Shown: piece by piece, positions 30,866 to 41,820 of the stretch
Layout of the letters: each line of letters begins with the position of its first letter
How positions within the stretch are numbered: position 1 is the stretch's first letter
NCBI GenBank assembly: GCA_963741955.1
Contig: CAVUKB010000004.1
Location: forward strand, 288,001 to 352,000
Direction: 5' to 3'
Source: an uncultured Acidobacteriota bacterium
GTDB taxonomy: Bacteria; Acidobacteriota; Thermoanaerobaculia; Gp7-AA8
DNA length: 64,000 nt
The notes under the pieces: model-generated
Told to the model about the DNA's origin: nothing
What the model saw: only the letters and a program-made list of their open reading frames with translations
Databases searched by the model: none
Made by a program: the position numbers and the translations under genes

Positions 30866-31680
30866 TCCGGAAATCACTTGCTCTGATCGCACTCGTCGCT
30901 TCGTTCGCCATCTCGGCGGCCGGCCAGGATTTCCTGGCCAAGGACGGTCCGATCACGAGCGTCCGCAGACAGGTTGGAATCGATCAGAAGCTGAACAACC
31001 AGGTTCCGCTCGATCTCCCGTTCGTCGACGACCAGGGCCACGCAGTGAAGCTCGGCGACTACTTCGGCAAGAGGCCGGTCCTCCTCGTCCCCGTCTATTA
31101 CAAGTGCCCGATGCTCTGCAACATGGTGCTTCAGGGCGTTGTCGACTCGGTCCGCGACCTCCGGTTCAACGCGGGAGACGAGTACGAAGTGGTGGTGTTC
31201 AGTTTCGACCCGAGCGACACCACGAAAGACGCGGCGGAGAAGAAGAGGACGTACGTCCAGCGCTACGGCCGCGCAGGAACCGAACATGGCTGGCATTTCC
31301 TCACCGGCAGCCAGGACTCGATCACCCGGCTCACCGACGCGATCGGATTCCGCTACTACTACGATGCGAAGCGAAAGCAGTTCGCACACGGAGCGGCGAT
31401 CATGCTGCTCACTGCGAAAGGAAAGCTCTCCCGCTACTATTACGGCATCCAGTACAACCCGCGCGACCTCCGTCTCGGGATGGTCGAAACGGCCAACGAC
31501 AAGATCGGCTCGCCGGTCGACCAGCTCCTTCTTCTCTGCTACTGCTACGACCCCGCCACCGGCAAGTACAGCTCGGTGGCCGTGAACACCATCCGTGCGG
31601 GCGGCGTCGCCACGCTGGTCCTTCTCGGTGGAACGATTTTCTTCTTCCTGAGGCGTGACAAAAAAACCCAGGCCAGTTAG
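30862..31680 (+). CDS. SCO family copper chaperone
   Basis: YYKCPMLC (CxxxC), SFDP, WHFLTG, FAH motifs. Confidence 0.9.
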   Translation: MIRKSLALIALVASFAISAAGQDFLAKDGPITSVRRQVGIDQKLNNQVPLDLPFVDDQGHAVKLGDYFGKRPVLLVPVYYKCPMLCNMVLQGVVDSVRDLRFNAGDEYEVVVFSFDPSDTTKDAAEKKRTYVQRYGRAGTEHGWHFLTGSQDSITRLTDAIGFRYYYDAKRKQFAHGAAIMLLTAKGKLSRYYYGIQYNPRDLRLGMVETANDKIGSPVDQLLLLCYCYDPATGKYSSVAVNTIRAGGVATLVLLGGTIFFFLRRDKKTQAS

Positions 31681-31698
31681 GACGAGAACGACAGAGTC

Positions 31699-32751
31699 AT
31701 GTTCAATCAGTTTCCGATATTGCCAAGAGCCGCCTCGACCGTAGCGCCGGAGGTCGATCTCTTCTACTACTTCATGGTCATCATCTCGGTGATCATGACC
31801 CTGCTCGTCGCCGGACTGGTGATCTACTTCCTCGTGAAGTACCGGCGCCGTCCAGGGAACGAGATCCCCGCCGAATACGAGCCTTCGAAGGTGCTCGAGC
31901 TCGGGTTCATCGCCGTGATGTTCGTGGTCTTCATGGCGATGTTCTTCATGAGCGCGAAGGTCTACTTCCGGCAGTCGCGCCCACCCGACGGAGCGCTGGA
32001 GATCTACGTCACCGGGAAGCAGTGGATGTGGAAGGTTCAGCATCCCACCGGACAGAGCGAGATCGATTCACTCCACGTCCCGGTCGGAAAGCCGGTCAAG
32101 CTGATCATGTCCTCCGAGGACGTGATCCACAGCTTCTTCATCCCGGCCTTCCGGATCAAGCGGGACGTCCTTCCGAACCGCTATACATACGAGTGGTTCA
32201 CTGCGACGAAAGTGGGTGACTACCACCTCTTCTGCGCAGAGTACTGCGGCACCGACCACTCGCAGATGATCGGAACCGTGCACGTGATGACTCCCGAGGA
32301 TTATCAGAACTGGCTCGCGGGAGGTGCGCCGGAAGGCTCGCCCGCCGCGGAAGGGCAGAAGCTGTTCCAGTCGCTCGCGTGCAGCACGTGTCACACCGAA
32401 GACTCGACCGGCCGCTGTCCGGTTCTGGTCGGACTGTACGGGAACTCGGTCCGGCTGAGTGACGGGTCGGTGGTGAAGGCCGACGAGAACTACCTGCGCG
32501 AGTCGATCCTCAACCCGAGCGCGAAGATCGTGCTCGGCTACACTCCGATCATGCCGTCGTTCCAGAGCCAGGTGAACGAGGCTCAGGTGCTGCAGCTGGT
32601 GGCGTACATCAAGTCGCTCCAGAAGGCTGCCGTCGCCACGACGGTCTCGGGTGAGACGGCAGGACCCGGGACGAAACTCCAGACCGAAACCGGTGCGACC
32701 CCTGCGGCCGCGACGGGCTCCACCTCCACATCAGGCAAAGCGAAGCAATAG
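31699..32751 (+). CDS. coxB: Cytochrome c oxidase subunit II with fused cytochrome c (caa3 type)
   Basis: DVIHSF, CAEYCGTDHSQM (CuA site) and C-terminal CSTCH...MP. Confidence 0.95.
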   Translation: MFNQFPILPRAASTVAPEVDLFYYFMVIISVIMTLLVAGLVIYFLVKYRRRPGNEIPAEYEPSKVLELGFIAVMFVVFMAMFFMSAKVYFRQSRPPDGALEIYVTGKQWMWKVQHPTGQSEIDSLHVPVGKPVKLIMSSEDVIHSFFIPAFRIKRDVLPNRYTYEWFTATKVGDYHLFCAEYCGTDHSQMIGTVHVMTPEDYQNWLAGGAPEGSPAAEGQKLFQSLACSTCHTEDSTGRCPVLVGLYGNSVRLSDGSVVKADENYLRESILNPSAKIVLGYTPIMPSFQSQVNEAQVLQLVAYIKSLQKAAVATTVSGETAGPGTKLQTETGATPAAATGSTSTSGKAKQ

Positions 32752-32760
32752 GGCGAATCC

Positions 32761-34405
<1,645 letters not shown>

Positions 34406-34413
<8 letters not shown>

Positions 34414-35089
34414 GATCGTCGACCCGCATCACCACCATCCGGCTCTGCAGCATCACTTCGAGGATCTGGGCCAGCAGCACGAGGCTTCCACCCTCGGTAT
34501 GTGGACGTTTCTGGCGACGGAGATTCTCTTCTTCGGTGGACTCTTCGCTGCGTACATGATCTACCGCTTCCGTTACGTGGAGGCGTTCACCGCCGCGAGT
34601 CACCATCAGAACGCGACGCTCGGAGCGACGAACACCGCTGTGCTGATCTGCAGCTCGCTCACCGTGGCACTCGGGGTCTATTTCGCGCAGACCAACCGCC
34701 GCAAGCCGCTGATCGTGATGACCATTCTCACTCTGATCCTCGGCTGCACGTTTCTCGGGATCAAGGCGATCGAGTACCACGCGCACTGGGTCGAGCATCT
34801 CTTTCCCGGTGCAGGCTTCAATGCAGGCGGCGAGGTGTTCAAAGATCCGCTGATCGCCGCACACGCACAGATCTTCTTTCTGCTGTACTTCATCATGACC
34901 GGGATCCACGCGCTCCACATGATCATCGGGGTGGGGATCTTCAGCTGGATTCTGTGGAAAGCCTGGAAGGGCGATTTCTCGTCCGAGTATTACGGCCCGG
35001 TGGAAGTCAGCGGGCTCTATTGGCACTTCGTCGACATCGTCTGGATCTTCCTCTTCCCGCTGCTGTACCTGATCGGACGGCACGGTTGA
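34406..35089 (+). CDS. coxC: Cytochrome c oxidase subunit III
   Basis: [35 protein letters not shown]. Confidence 0.95.
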
Positions 35090-35126
35090 TGGTGGGGGAG
35101 ATGAAGGAGATGGAGGAGAAACGAAC

Positions 35127-35453
35127 ATGACCACTTCCAATCAGCCCGTCGAAACCCACGATCCGCGTCACCACGTGACGCCGATGAAGACCTACTTCAT
35201 CATCTTCGGGACTCTCCTCGTCCTGACGTATCTGACGTACCAGATCTCGTTCTTCGATCTCGGAATCCTGAACACGCCGATCGCTCTCGGGATCGCGGTC
35301 ACCAAGGCCACCCTGGTCATTCTCTTCTTCATGCACGTCCTCTACAGCACCCGGGTGACGTGGATGGTGATCTTCGGGAGTCTGCTGATGCTGGTGATCC
35401 TCCTCGGGCTGACGTTCATCGACTACATGAGCCGCGGCTGGTCGTTGCACTGA
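35127..35453 (+). CDS. coxD: Cytochrome c oxidase subunit IV
   Basis: IAVTKATLVILFFMH motif; three TM helices. Confidence 0.9.
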   Translation: MTTSNQPVETHDPRHHVTPMKTYFIIFGTLLVLTYLTYQISFFDLGILNTPIALGIAVTKATLVILFFMHVLYSTRVTWMVIFGSLLMLVILLGLTFIDYMSRGWSLH

Positions 35454-35454
35454 T

Positions 35455-36566
35455 CCGAGGAGCGCCGGCTCGAAGCCGGCTGCGGTCGGGCCTCTGCGCC
35501 TGACCGCGAGGAGCTCGGGACGCCGAAGGTCTCTCGCCTGGTACAGGAGTTCCGAAAGATCGCATGTGGGAAGTGACGAGCACGGGATGCTCGTCACGAG
35601 CCGGCAGGGATGGCGGCGCCCCAGGGCGAAGTGGCCAGGCCGAGGAGCGCCGGCTCGAAGCCGGCTGCGGTCAGGCCTCTGCGCCTGACCGCGAGGAGCT
35701 CGGGACGCCGAAGGTCTCTCGCCTGATGTTCGAGTTCTGAAAGATCGCATGTGGGAAGTGACGAGCACGGGATGCTCGTCACGAGCCGGCAGGGATGCCG
35801 GCGGCCCAGGGCGAAGTGGCCAGGCCGAGGAGCGCCGGCTTCAAGCCGGCTGCGGTCAGGCCTCCGCGCCTGACCGCGAGGAGCTCGGGACGCCGAGGGT
35901 CTCTCGCCTGATGTTCGAGTTCCGAAAGATCGCACGCGGGAAGTGACGAGCACGGGATGCTCGTCACGAGCCGGCAGGGATGCCGGCGGCCCAGGGCGAA
36001 GTGGCCAGGCCGAGGAGCGCCGGCTTCAAGCCGGCTGCGGTCAGGCCTCCGCGCCTGACCGCGAGGAGCTCGGGACGCCGAAGGTCTCTCGCCTGATGTT
36101 CGAGTTCCGAAAGATCGCACGCGGGAAGTGACGAGCACGGGATGCTCGTCACGAGCCGGCAGGGATGCCGGCGGCCCAGGGCGAAGTGGCCAGGCCGAGG
36201 AGCGCCGGCTTCAAGCCGGCTGCGGTCAGGCCTCCGCGCCTGACCGCGAGGAGCTCGGGACGCCGAAGGTCTCTCGCCTGGTACAGGAGTTCCGAAAGAT
36301 CGCATGTGGGAAGTGACGAGCACGGGATGCTCGTCACGAGCCGGCAGGGATGCCGGCGGCCCAGGGCGAAGTGGCCAGGCCGAGGAGCGCCGGCTTCAAG
36401 CCGGCTGCGGTCAGGCCTCCGCGCCTGACCGCGAGGAGCTCGGGACGCCGAAGGTCTCTCGCCTGATGTTCGAGTTCCGAAAGATCGCACGCGGGAAGTG
36501 ACGAGCACGGGATGCTCGTCACGAGCCGGCAGGGATGCCGGCGCCCCACCTCCAAGCCGGCGCTCC
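35455..36566. repeat. Tandem array of six 185-bp units carrying REP-like palindromes (BIME-like)
   Basis: CCGAGGAGCGCC recurs at 35455, 35640, 35825, 36010, 36195 and 36380. Each unit has three hairpins. The array closes with an inverted copy TCCAAGCCGGCGCTCC at 36551-36566. Confidence 0.95.
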
Positions 36567-36629
36567 ACCAGCATGTCTCACGGGCCTCCCGGCGGTGCGA
36601 TGAATGATCCGGGTTAGAATTCTCCGCAC

Positions 36630-37622
36630 ATGACGACCGCATCCGCACCTTCACTCCACACCGTGCTCACCCGCCAGCTCGGAATCGAGCTCCCGATCAT
36701 CGGTGGCGCGATGTATCCCTGCAGCAATCCGGAGCTGGTCGCGGCCGTCTCCGAGGCCGGCGGCATCGGCGTGCTGCAACCGATCTCGCTGACGTACGTG
36801 CATGGTTACGACTTCCGCGAAGGGATCCGGTACATCCGCTCTCTCACCTCGAGACCGATCGGAATGAACGCGCTGATCGAGCAGTCGTCGAAGATGTACC
36901 GCGAACGGATGTCGCGCTGGATCGAGATCGCGCTGGAAGAAGGGATCCGCTTCTTCGTCACCTCACTCGGGAATCCCCGCTGGGTGGTGGAGCGGGTGAG
37001 CGCGGTGGGTGGATACGTCTATCACGACGTCACGTCACACAAGTGGGCGATGAAGGGGCGTGACGCCGGCGTGCACGGGCTGATCGCGGTGAATTCGCAG
37101 GCAGGAGGGCATGCCGGTCCCACCGAACCGCGCGCACTGTACGACGAGCTCGCGGATGTGGGACTTCCCCTGGTCTGTGCGGGAGGGGTCGCGGATGGAG
37201 CAACGTTCCGGAACGCTCTGGAGATCGGATACGCAGGCGTGCAGATGGGAACCCGTTTCATCGCGACCACGGAGTGTTCCGCCCATCCCGACTACAAGGC
37301 CGCGATCGTCGACGCGAAAGCGGACGACATCGTCCTGACCGAGCGGCTCACCGGAGTTCCGGTCGCGGTGATCGAGAACGAGCACGTGCGCCGGACGGGG
37401 ACGAAGGCCGGCCCCATCGCGCGATGGATGCTGCGCGGGAGGAAGACGAAGCACTGGATGCGGACCATCTACGCGCTCACGTCGCTGCGGAAGCTGAAGC
37501 ATTCACTGCACGCCGCACGAGGGCGCAACGACATCTGGCAGGCGGGGCGGAGCGTTGCAGGGATCGACGCGGTGCTTCCGGTCGCAGAGGTGATCCGGAG
37601 GATGGTGGACGGATTGAGGTGA
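36630..37622 (+). CDS. Nitronate monooxygenase family flavoprotein
   Basis: LPIIGGAM, AAVSEAGGIG, AGGHAG, CAGGV, GVQMGTRFIATTE motifs. Confidence 0.88.
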   Translation: MTTASAPSLHTVLTRQLGIELPIIGGAMYPCSNPELVAAVSEAGGIGVLQPISLTYVHGYDFREGIRYIRSLTSRPIGMNALIEQSSKMYRERMSRWIEIALEEGIRFFVTSLGNPRWVVERVSAVGGYVYHDVTSHKWAMKGRDAGVHGLIAVNSQAGGHAGPTEPRALYDELADVGLPLVCAGGVADGATFRNALEIGYAGVQMGTRFIATTECSAHPDYKAAIVDAKADDIVLTERLTGVPVAVIENEHVRRTGTKAGPIARWMLRGRKTKHWMRTIYALTSLRKLKHSLHAARGRNDIWQAGRSVAGIDAVLPVAEVIRRMVDGLR

Positions 37623-37927
37623 GCGCGGCAGCGGCGCAGTCGTTTGTTCTGCGTTCGTATGTCGGGCGAGAAATTTATTCTGCTCACGACGCCGTGGAGC
37701 GAATAAAGTGCGGCTGCCGGGGCGCTGCGCCGAACGAAAGGCAACCCTTGCGATGACGGGGCGAGGTGCTTCCGCACCTGGTCGAATCGCGAATCGATTC
37801 CTGCCGTCGCGCTTGCGGTAAGGAGCTGAAGAGCAAGGAGTTACGCCGCGCATTCGACCGGCGCGCTCCTTGCTGATTCACCCTCGGGGTCCGGACCGTT
37901 GAACCCCCGGACCATCGGAGGTGAATC

Positions 37928-39169
37928 ATGAGAAAAGTGGCGCTTGCGCTGGTGGTGGCACTCCTCCTTCCGGCCGGCGCTCGGGCACTCGACTCGAGAG
38001 ACGTCGAGGCGCTCGTCGCGATGCCACTGGCCGTCGCCGCCGTCTCCCAACTCTCGGGCGTTCCGACCAGTGACCTGGTGAACGTCGTGACCGCGATGAA
38101 CCAGGCGAACGTTCCACCGCCGCAGTTCGTGGAGGTGGTGCGGTACGTTCCGGTGGCACTGGTCCAACAGCCGCAGCCTTTCGTGGACTATGTGACGCAG
38201 CAGGTCGACAACGGAGTGACGGGCGATCAGCTCGCGGTGGCTCTGGCCAATCAGATCCGCACGTCGTACGGCGTGACCCGGATCAACGTCGTCACGCCGC
38301 CGGAGGCGGTATACGTCGTCGACCAGAGCAGCTTCGTGCCGTCGGTCGTCACCACCCGTCTGAGACCGGTGAATCTGACCGACCTCGTCGCGATGCCACT
38401 CGCGGTCGCGGCGGTCTCGCGCCTCACGGGGATGCCGGCGAACGATCTGGTCGGCCTGGCCAGTGCACTCGACAATGCGTACGTTCCGCCGGCGCAGTTC
38501 GTGGAGATCGTCCGCTACGCGCCTGCGGTGCTGGTCGATCCGCAGATCGCACCGCAGTTCGTCCCGTACGTCACGACGCAGATCCGGGAGGGAGTGGTCG
38601 GAATGCCGCTCGCGCGCAGCATCGAGGATCAGTACCGGAGGTGGGGCGTGACGAACGTCGACGTCGTGAATCCGCAGGTCCAGGTGGTCGACCGGCAGGT
38701 GGTTCTGCCGCAGGTGGTCACCACGCGCGTCGCGCAGGCATCGGGGAATCCGTTCGGCGGCCCTCCCGGCCAGCTCAAGAAGGAGCGCGGACTGCAGACC
38801 GGAGCCGAAGTGGTGCACGGGGTGAAGCCGGGTGCGAAAGAGATGGGGCGGCCCGAGCGAGGCTCGAATGGCGATCACGGTCGCCGCGCGGTTGCGCGTC
38901 CACCGGTGCGGGAGCAGCGTCCCGCGAAGATCGTGCGCCGTCCGCACGGCCGTACGGAAGCGGAGCGAGGCGGCGGTCATCGGATGAGCCGTCCGCATCC
39001 GCCGGCGAAGCGGCCGTCGAATCCGGGACATCACCAGCAGCTTCGGGAGGCGCCGTCGCCGCGTCCGCAGATGAACCCGGGCGCAGCCGCGGCTCCACAT
39101 GGAAGAGGTGCGGAAAATTCGGCCAGACCTCACCCGGCGAAGGGGAAGGGTCACGGGAAAGGACACTGA
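37928..39169 (+). CDS. Secreted hypothetical protein with two ~120-aa internal repeats and a basic low-complexity tail
   Basis: Signal peptide; LVAMPLAVAAVS...QFVE.VRY.P...VVTTR occurs twice; GPPGQLKK motif; GGAGGTG RBS. Confidence 0.8.
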   Translation: MRKVALALVVALLLPAGARALDSRDVEALVAMPLAVAAVSQLSGVPTSDLVNVVTAMNQANVPPPQFVEVVRYVPVALVQQPQPFVDYVTQQVDNGVTGDQLAVALANQIRTSYGVTRINVVTPPEAVYVVDQSSFVPSVVTTRLRPVNLTDLVAMPLAVAAVSRLTGMPANDLVGLASALDNAYVPPAQFVEIVRYAPAVLVDPQIAPQFVPYVTTQIREGVVGMPLARSIEDQYRRWGVTNVDVVNPQVQVVDRQVVLPQVVTTRVAQASGNPFGGPPGQLKKERGLQTGAEVVHGVKPGAKEMGRPERGSNGDHGRRAVARPPVREQRPAKIVRRPHGRTEAERGGGHRMSRPHPPAKRPSNPGHHQQLREAPSPRPQMNPGAAAAPHGRGAENSARPHPAKGKGHGKGH

Positions 39170-39170
39170 C

Positions 39171-39470
39171 ATGAAGACATCGTGGATTGCAGCAGCAGGA
39201 CTTTCGGTGCTGCTTCTCGCCGGATGCGGCGGGAGCGGGACTTCTGTGAATGCGACGAGCGCGACGAGCGCGACGAAGGGGGCGACTCTCTCACCCGAGG
39301 AGCTCGGAGAGCTCGGAGCGGAAATCAGGAAGGAGCCGTCGAAGGCGGACGAGGTGCTGAAGAAGCACGGACTCGATGCGAAGTCGTTCGAGCGGCAGAT
39401 CCGTAAGGTCAGCGAAGATCCGGACGCGTCGCAACGCTACGCCGAGGCGTACCGGAAGGCGCGCGCATGA
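39171..39470 (+). CDS. Small hypothetical lipoprotein
   Basis: Lipobox LLAGC; starts 1 nt after the previous stop. Confidence 0.75.
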   Translation: MKTSWIAAAGLSVLLLAGCGGSGTSVNATSATSATKGATLSPEELGELGAEIRKEPSKADEVLKKHGLDAKSFERQIRKVSEDPDASQRYAEAYRKARA

Positions 39471-39511
39471 GTGAACGCGGAGCGCGCGCCGACCGTGCGC
39501 TCCGCGACGGT

Positions 39512-39917
39512 TCACCGCGCGTCGGCGAATGGTTCGAGGGCCGCGACGAGACCCGCGAAATCCGACAGCACCTTTCCAACGCTTTGGTGCAGAATTCGGA
39601 TGTCAATCTCGTCGTAGAGATGGACCAGCACGTTCCGCATCGCGGCGGCGTCTTCGAGTCTCGTCGCCAGTGATCCCTCGAGGAGTTTCGCAGTCGCAGC
39701 CCGGCGAAAAACGTCCCGGTACGAATTCGCAACGACGTTTCGCCCCGCCAGGAGGTGCTGCACGAGAACGGCCGCGGTCGTCGCCAGAAGCTCGAGAATG
39801 CGTGATTTTATAGTGCTCGTTCGCGACGGCTTCCAGCGATGCGTCGGCGTAGGGCCGAAGATCCTCCAGCAGAGTCCGCAGCATCTCGAGTTTTCGCAAG
39901 ACCACCTCAGGTGCCAT
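39512..39917 (-). pseudogene. hepT: HEPN (DUF86/HepT) toxin, frameshifted near 39803
   Basis: MAPEVVLRKLE...EHYKI in one frame; RILELL...SYRDVF...MRNVLVHLY (RX4HXY) in another. Confidence 0.85.
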
Positions 39918-40338
39918 TCCTGACCTCCGTGGAGAACTTTCTGAGGCGTTGCCGCGAGAGGCGGAGGAACGGAAGAGCATCCTGATAGCTCTGCCAGAGG
40001 CGAACCCGTGCCTCGGTCCACGACCCCCTCTCGCTCTCGAACAGCGCTCGTCCGTCGCGAGCGATCTCCATCGCCAGCACGGGGTCGAGCTCGGGAGTGA
40101 TCACGGCGATCTGAACCTCGAGCCCGGAGATCTCCGAGAGCTCGCGATGCCACTCCAGCAGCCGTGCCGCCTCGATCGTGCCACGGGGCCAGATCGCCAG
40201 ATCGACATCGCTGTCGGGGCGGGCGCTGCCGCGCGCGCGAGATCCGAAAAGGACGCAGAGCCGGAGCGGACGCTGCACGCACCAGGCGCGGATCGCCTCG
40301 TCCTGGTCGTGGCGGCGGGGGGAGATCGGATCCTGCAT
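39907..40338 (-). CDS. mntA: Minimal nucleotidyltransferase antitoxin (MntA)
   Basis: LFGSRARGSARPDSDVDLA (GSX10DXD); overlaps the HEPN gene start. Confidence 0.88.
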   Translation of the reverse strand: MQDPISPRRHDQDEAIRAWCVQRPLRLCVLFGSRARGSARPDSDVDLAIWPRGTIEAARLLEWHRELSEISGLEVQIAVITPELDPVLAMEIARDGRALFESERGSWTEARVRLWQSYQDALPFLRLSRQRLRKFSTEVRNGT

Positions 40339-40361
40339 CCGTCGAATATACCAGCAACGGG

Positions 40362-40973
40362 CTAGTGCGCGTGCGCCTCCCCGTGAGCCGGCCCTTCGGC
40401 TGCGACGGCGAGAGCCTCGACATAATGGATGAATCCGACGTACGCCTCGACGTACCGCCGTCCCGCCTCCACGCTCTCGTCCGCGTGCAGCCGGCTCTCG
40501 CGCACGTCCGCGAAGCGCTTCTCGAGACCGTGTCCCACCCGTTCGGCCAGCGCGTCGCGGAGAGGCTCGAGTCGCCCCTTCTCCAGGGCCAGGTCTGCAG
40601 CTTCGATCCCCGGGTCGACCTCGCTCCCGGCCGGCTTCAGCCCGGTGTAGGGCGCTCCCTCCCCGGCGCGATGGACCCGCACCAGAGTCTCGAAGAACCA
40701 GCGGTCGGCGACCTCGCGCGCTTCGGCCCCTCCGCGCCGCGCCTTGACCGCGAGATCGAATGCCGCGCGGATCTCGGTCTCGTCCGCCGGCCGGACCCAC
40801 TTGAGGACCGGGGTGACGGAACCCTTCTCGAGCGCCACGCGCGCGTCGCGGACCACCGGACCGTCGAGCGTGTCGCAGTGGGCGAAGAGAGGGGAGGGAG
40901 AGAAGAGAACGAACGAGCCGAGGGTGAGGGCGAAGAGGATGGGTGAGGTGAAGAGTCTGAATCGGGGGTTCAT
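40362..40973 (-). CDS. DUF6448-like secreted protein
   Basis: Signal peptide followed by AHCDTLDGPVV; FFETLVRVHRAGEGAPYTGLKPAG; His-rich C-terminus. Confidence 0.8.
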   Translation of the reverse strand: MNPRFRLFTSPILFALTLGSFVLFSPSPLFAHCDTLDGPVVRDARVALEKGSVTPVLKWVRPADETEIRAAFDLAVKARRGGAEAREVADRWFFETLVRVHRAGEGAPYTGLKPAGSEVDPGIEAADLALEKGRLEPLRDALAERVGHGLEKRFADVRESRLHADESVEAGRRYVEAYVGFIHYVEALAVAAEGPAHGEAHAH

Positions 40974-41020
40974 GATGCCTCCTTCGATGTTTGCGGGCCG
41001 GACATTCCGAAGTTGCGCAC

Positions 41021-41083
41021 TTGCCACGAAGTGTTCCGGCTGCTATATTAACTAACCAGTTGGTTTGACCAACCGATCAGTTG
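41021..41083 (+). promoter_or_regulatory. Sigma-70 promoter and probable TetR operator
   Basis: TTGCCA (41021) - 17 nt - TATATT (41044) with extended TG; directly followed by imperfect palindromes AACCAGTTGGTT and AACCGATCAGTT. Confidence 0.65.
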
Positions 41084-41120
41084 CCTCGACACGCAACGAA
41101 CATACCGAAAGGGACCAGCC

Positions 41121-41819
41121 ATGACAAGGGACGCGACGCAATTGGTGGACGGACGCAGACGCATCCTCGATGCCGCTGCCGCGGTCTTCGCCGAGAGCGG
41201 GTTCGCCGGTGCGCGCATCGACGAGATCGCCGCACGCGCAGGCATCAACAAGGCGATGGTCTACTACCACGTCGGCGGAAAGGAAGAGCTCTACGAGGTC
41301 ATGATCTCCGAGCTCTTCGACCGGATCATCGGTTCCCTCCGGGCCGCGGTCGCCGCCGTTGCCACGCCGGATGAGAAGATCCGCGCGGTGGTGCGTACCA
41401 TCGCCGACACCGTGCAGCACAATCCCAACCTCCCCCCGGTGATGCTCCGCGAGATCGCCTCCGGAGGTCATTCCCTTCCGGCCAACGTGCTCCGGAAGAT
41501 CAAGGGAGTGTTCGAGATCGTCTGGGAGATCCTGGAGGAAGGGAGCCGCTCCGGTGCGTTCCGCAAGACCGATCCGGTGATCACCCAGATGCTGATCGGC
41601 GGAGGGATGATCCTTCTGGTCGCCGGCACCCCGGTCCGCAACCGGATCCGCGCCATGCGCGAGAAAGACGACGGAGTGAAGTCCGGCCCGGAAGACCTGA
41701 TCGGGGAAGTCTCCGAACTGCTTTTGCACGGCATCTCGAAAGTCTCCTCCACCAGACCGAAGAAGTCCGCACCCGCCGCCCGAACCACCACGACGCGCCG
41801 CCCGGCGCGGAGGAAGTGA
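41121..41819 (+). CDS. TetR/AcrR family regulator
   Basis: RILDAAAAVFAESGFAGARIDEIAARAGINKAMVYYHVGGKEELY. Confidence 0.93.
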   Translation: MTRDATQLVDGRRRILDAAAAVFAESGFAGARIDEIAARAGINKAMVYYHVGGKEELYEVMISELFDRIIGSLRAAVAAVATPDEKIRAVVRTIADTVQHNPNLPPVMLREIASGGHSLPANVLRKIKGVFEIVWEILEEGSRSGAFRKTDPVITQMLIGGGMILLVAGTPVRNRIRAMREKDDGVKSGPEDLIGEVSELLLHGISKVSSTRPKKSAPAARTTTTRRPARRK

Positions 41820-41820
41820 C

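Noticed and set aside
35455-36566. CRISPR array or repeated small ORFs (62-141 aa)
   Set aside because: Whole units are near-identical with no unique spacers, and no cas genes are present. The ORFs are by-products of the repeat and lack RBSs.
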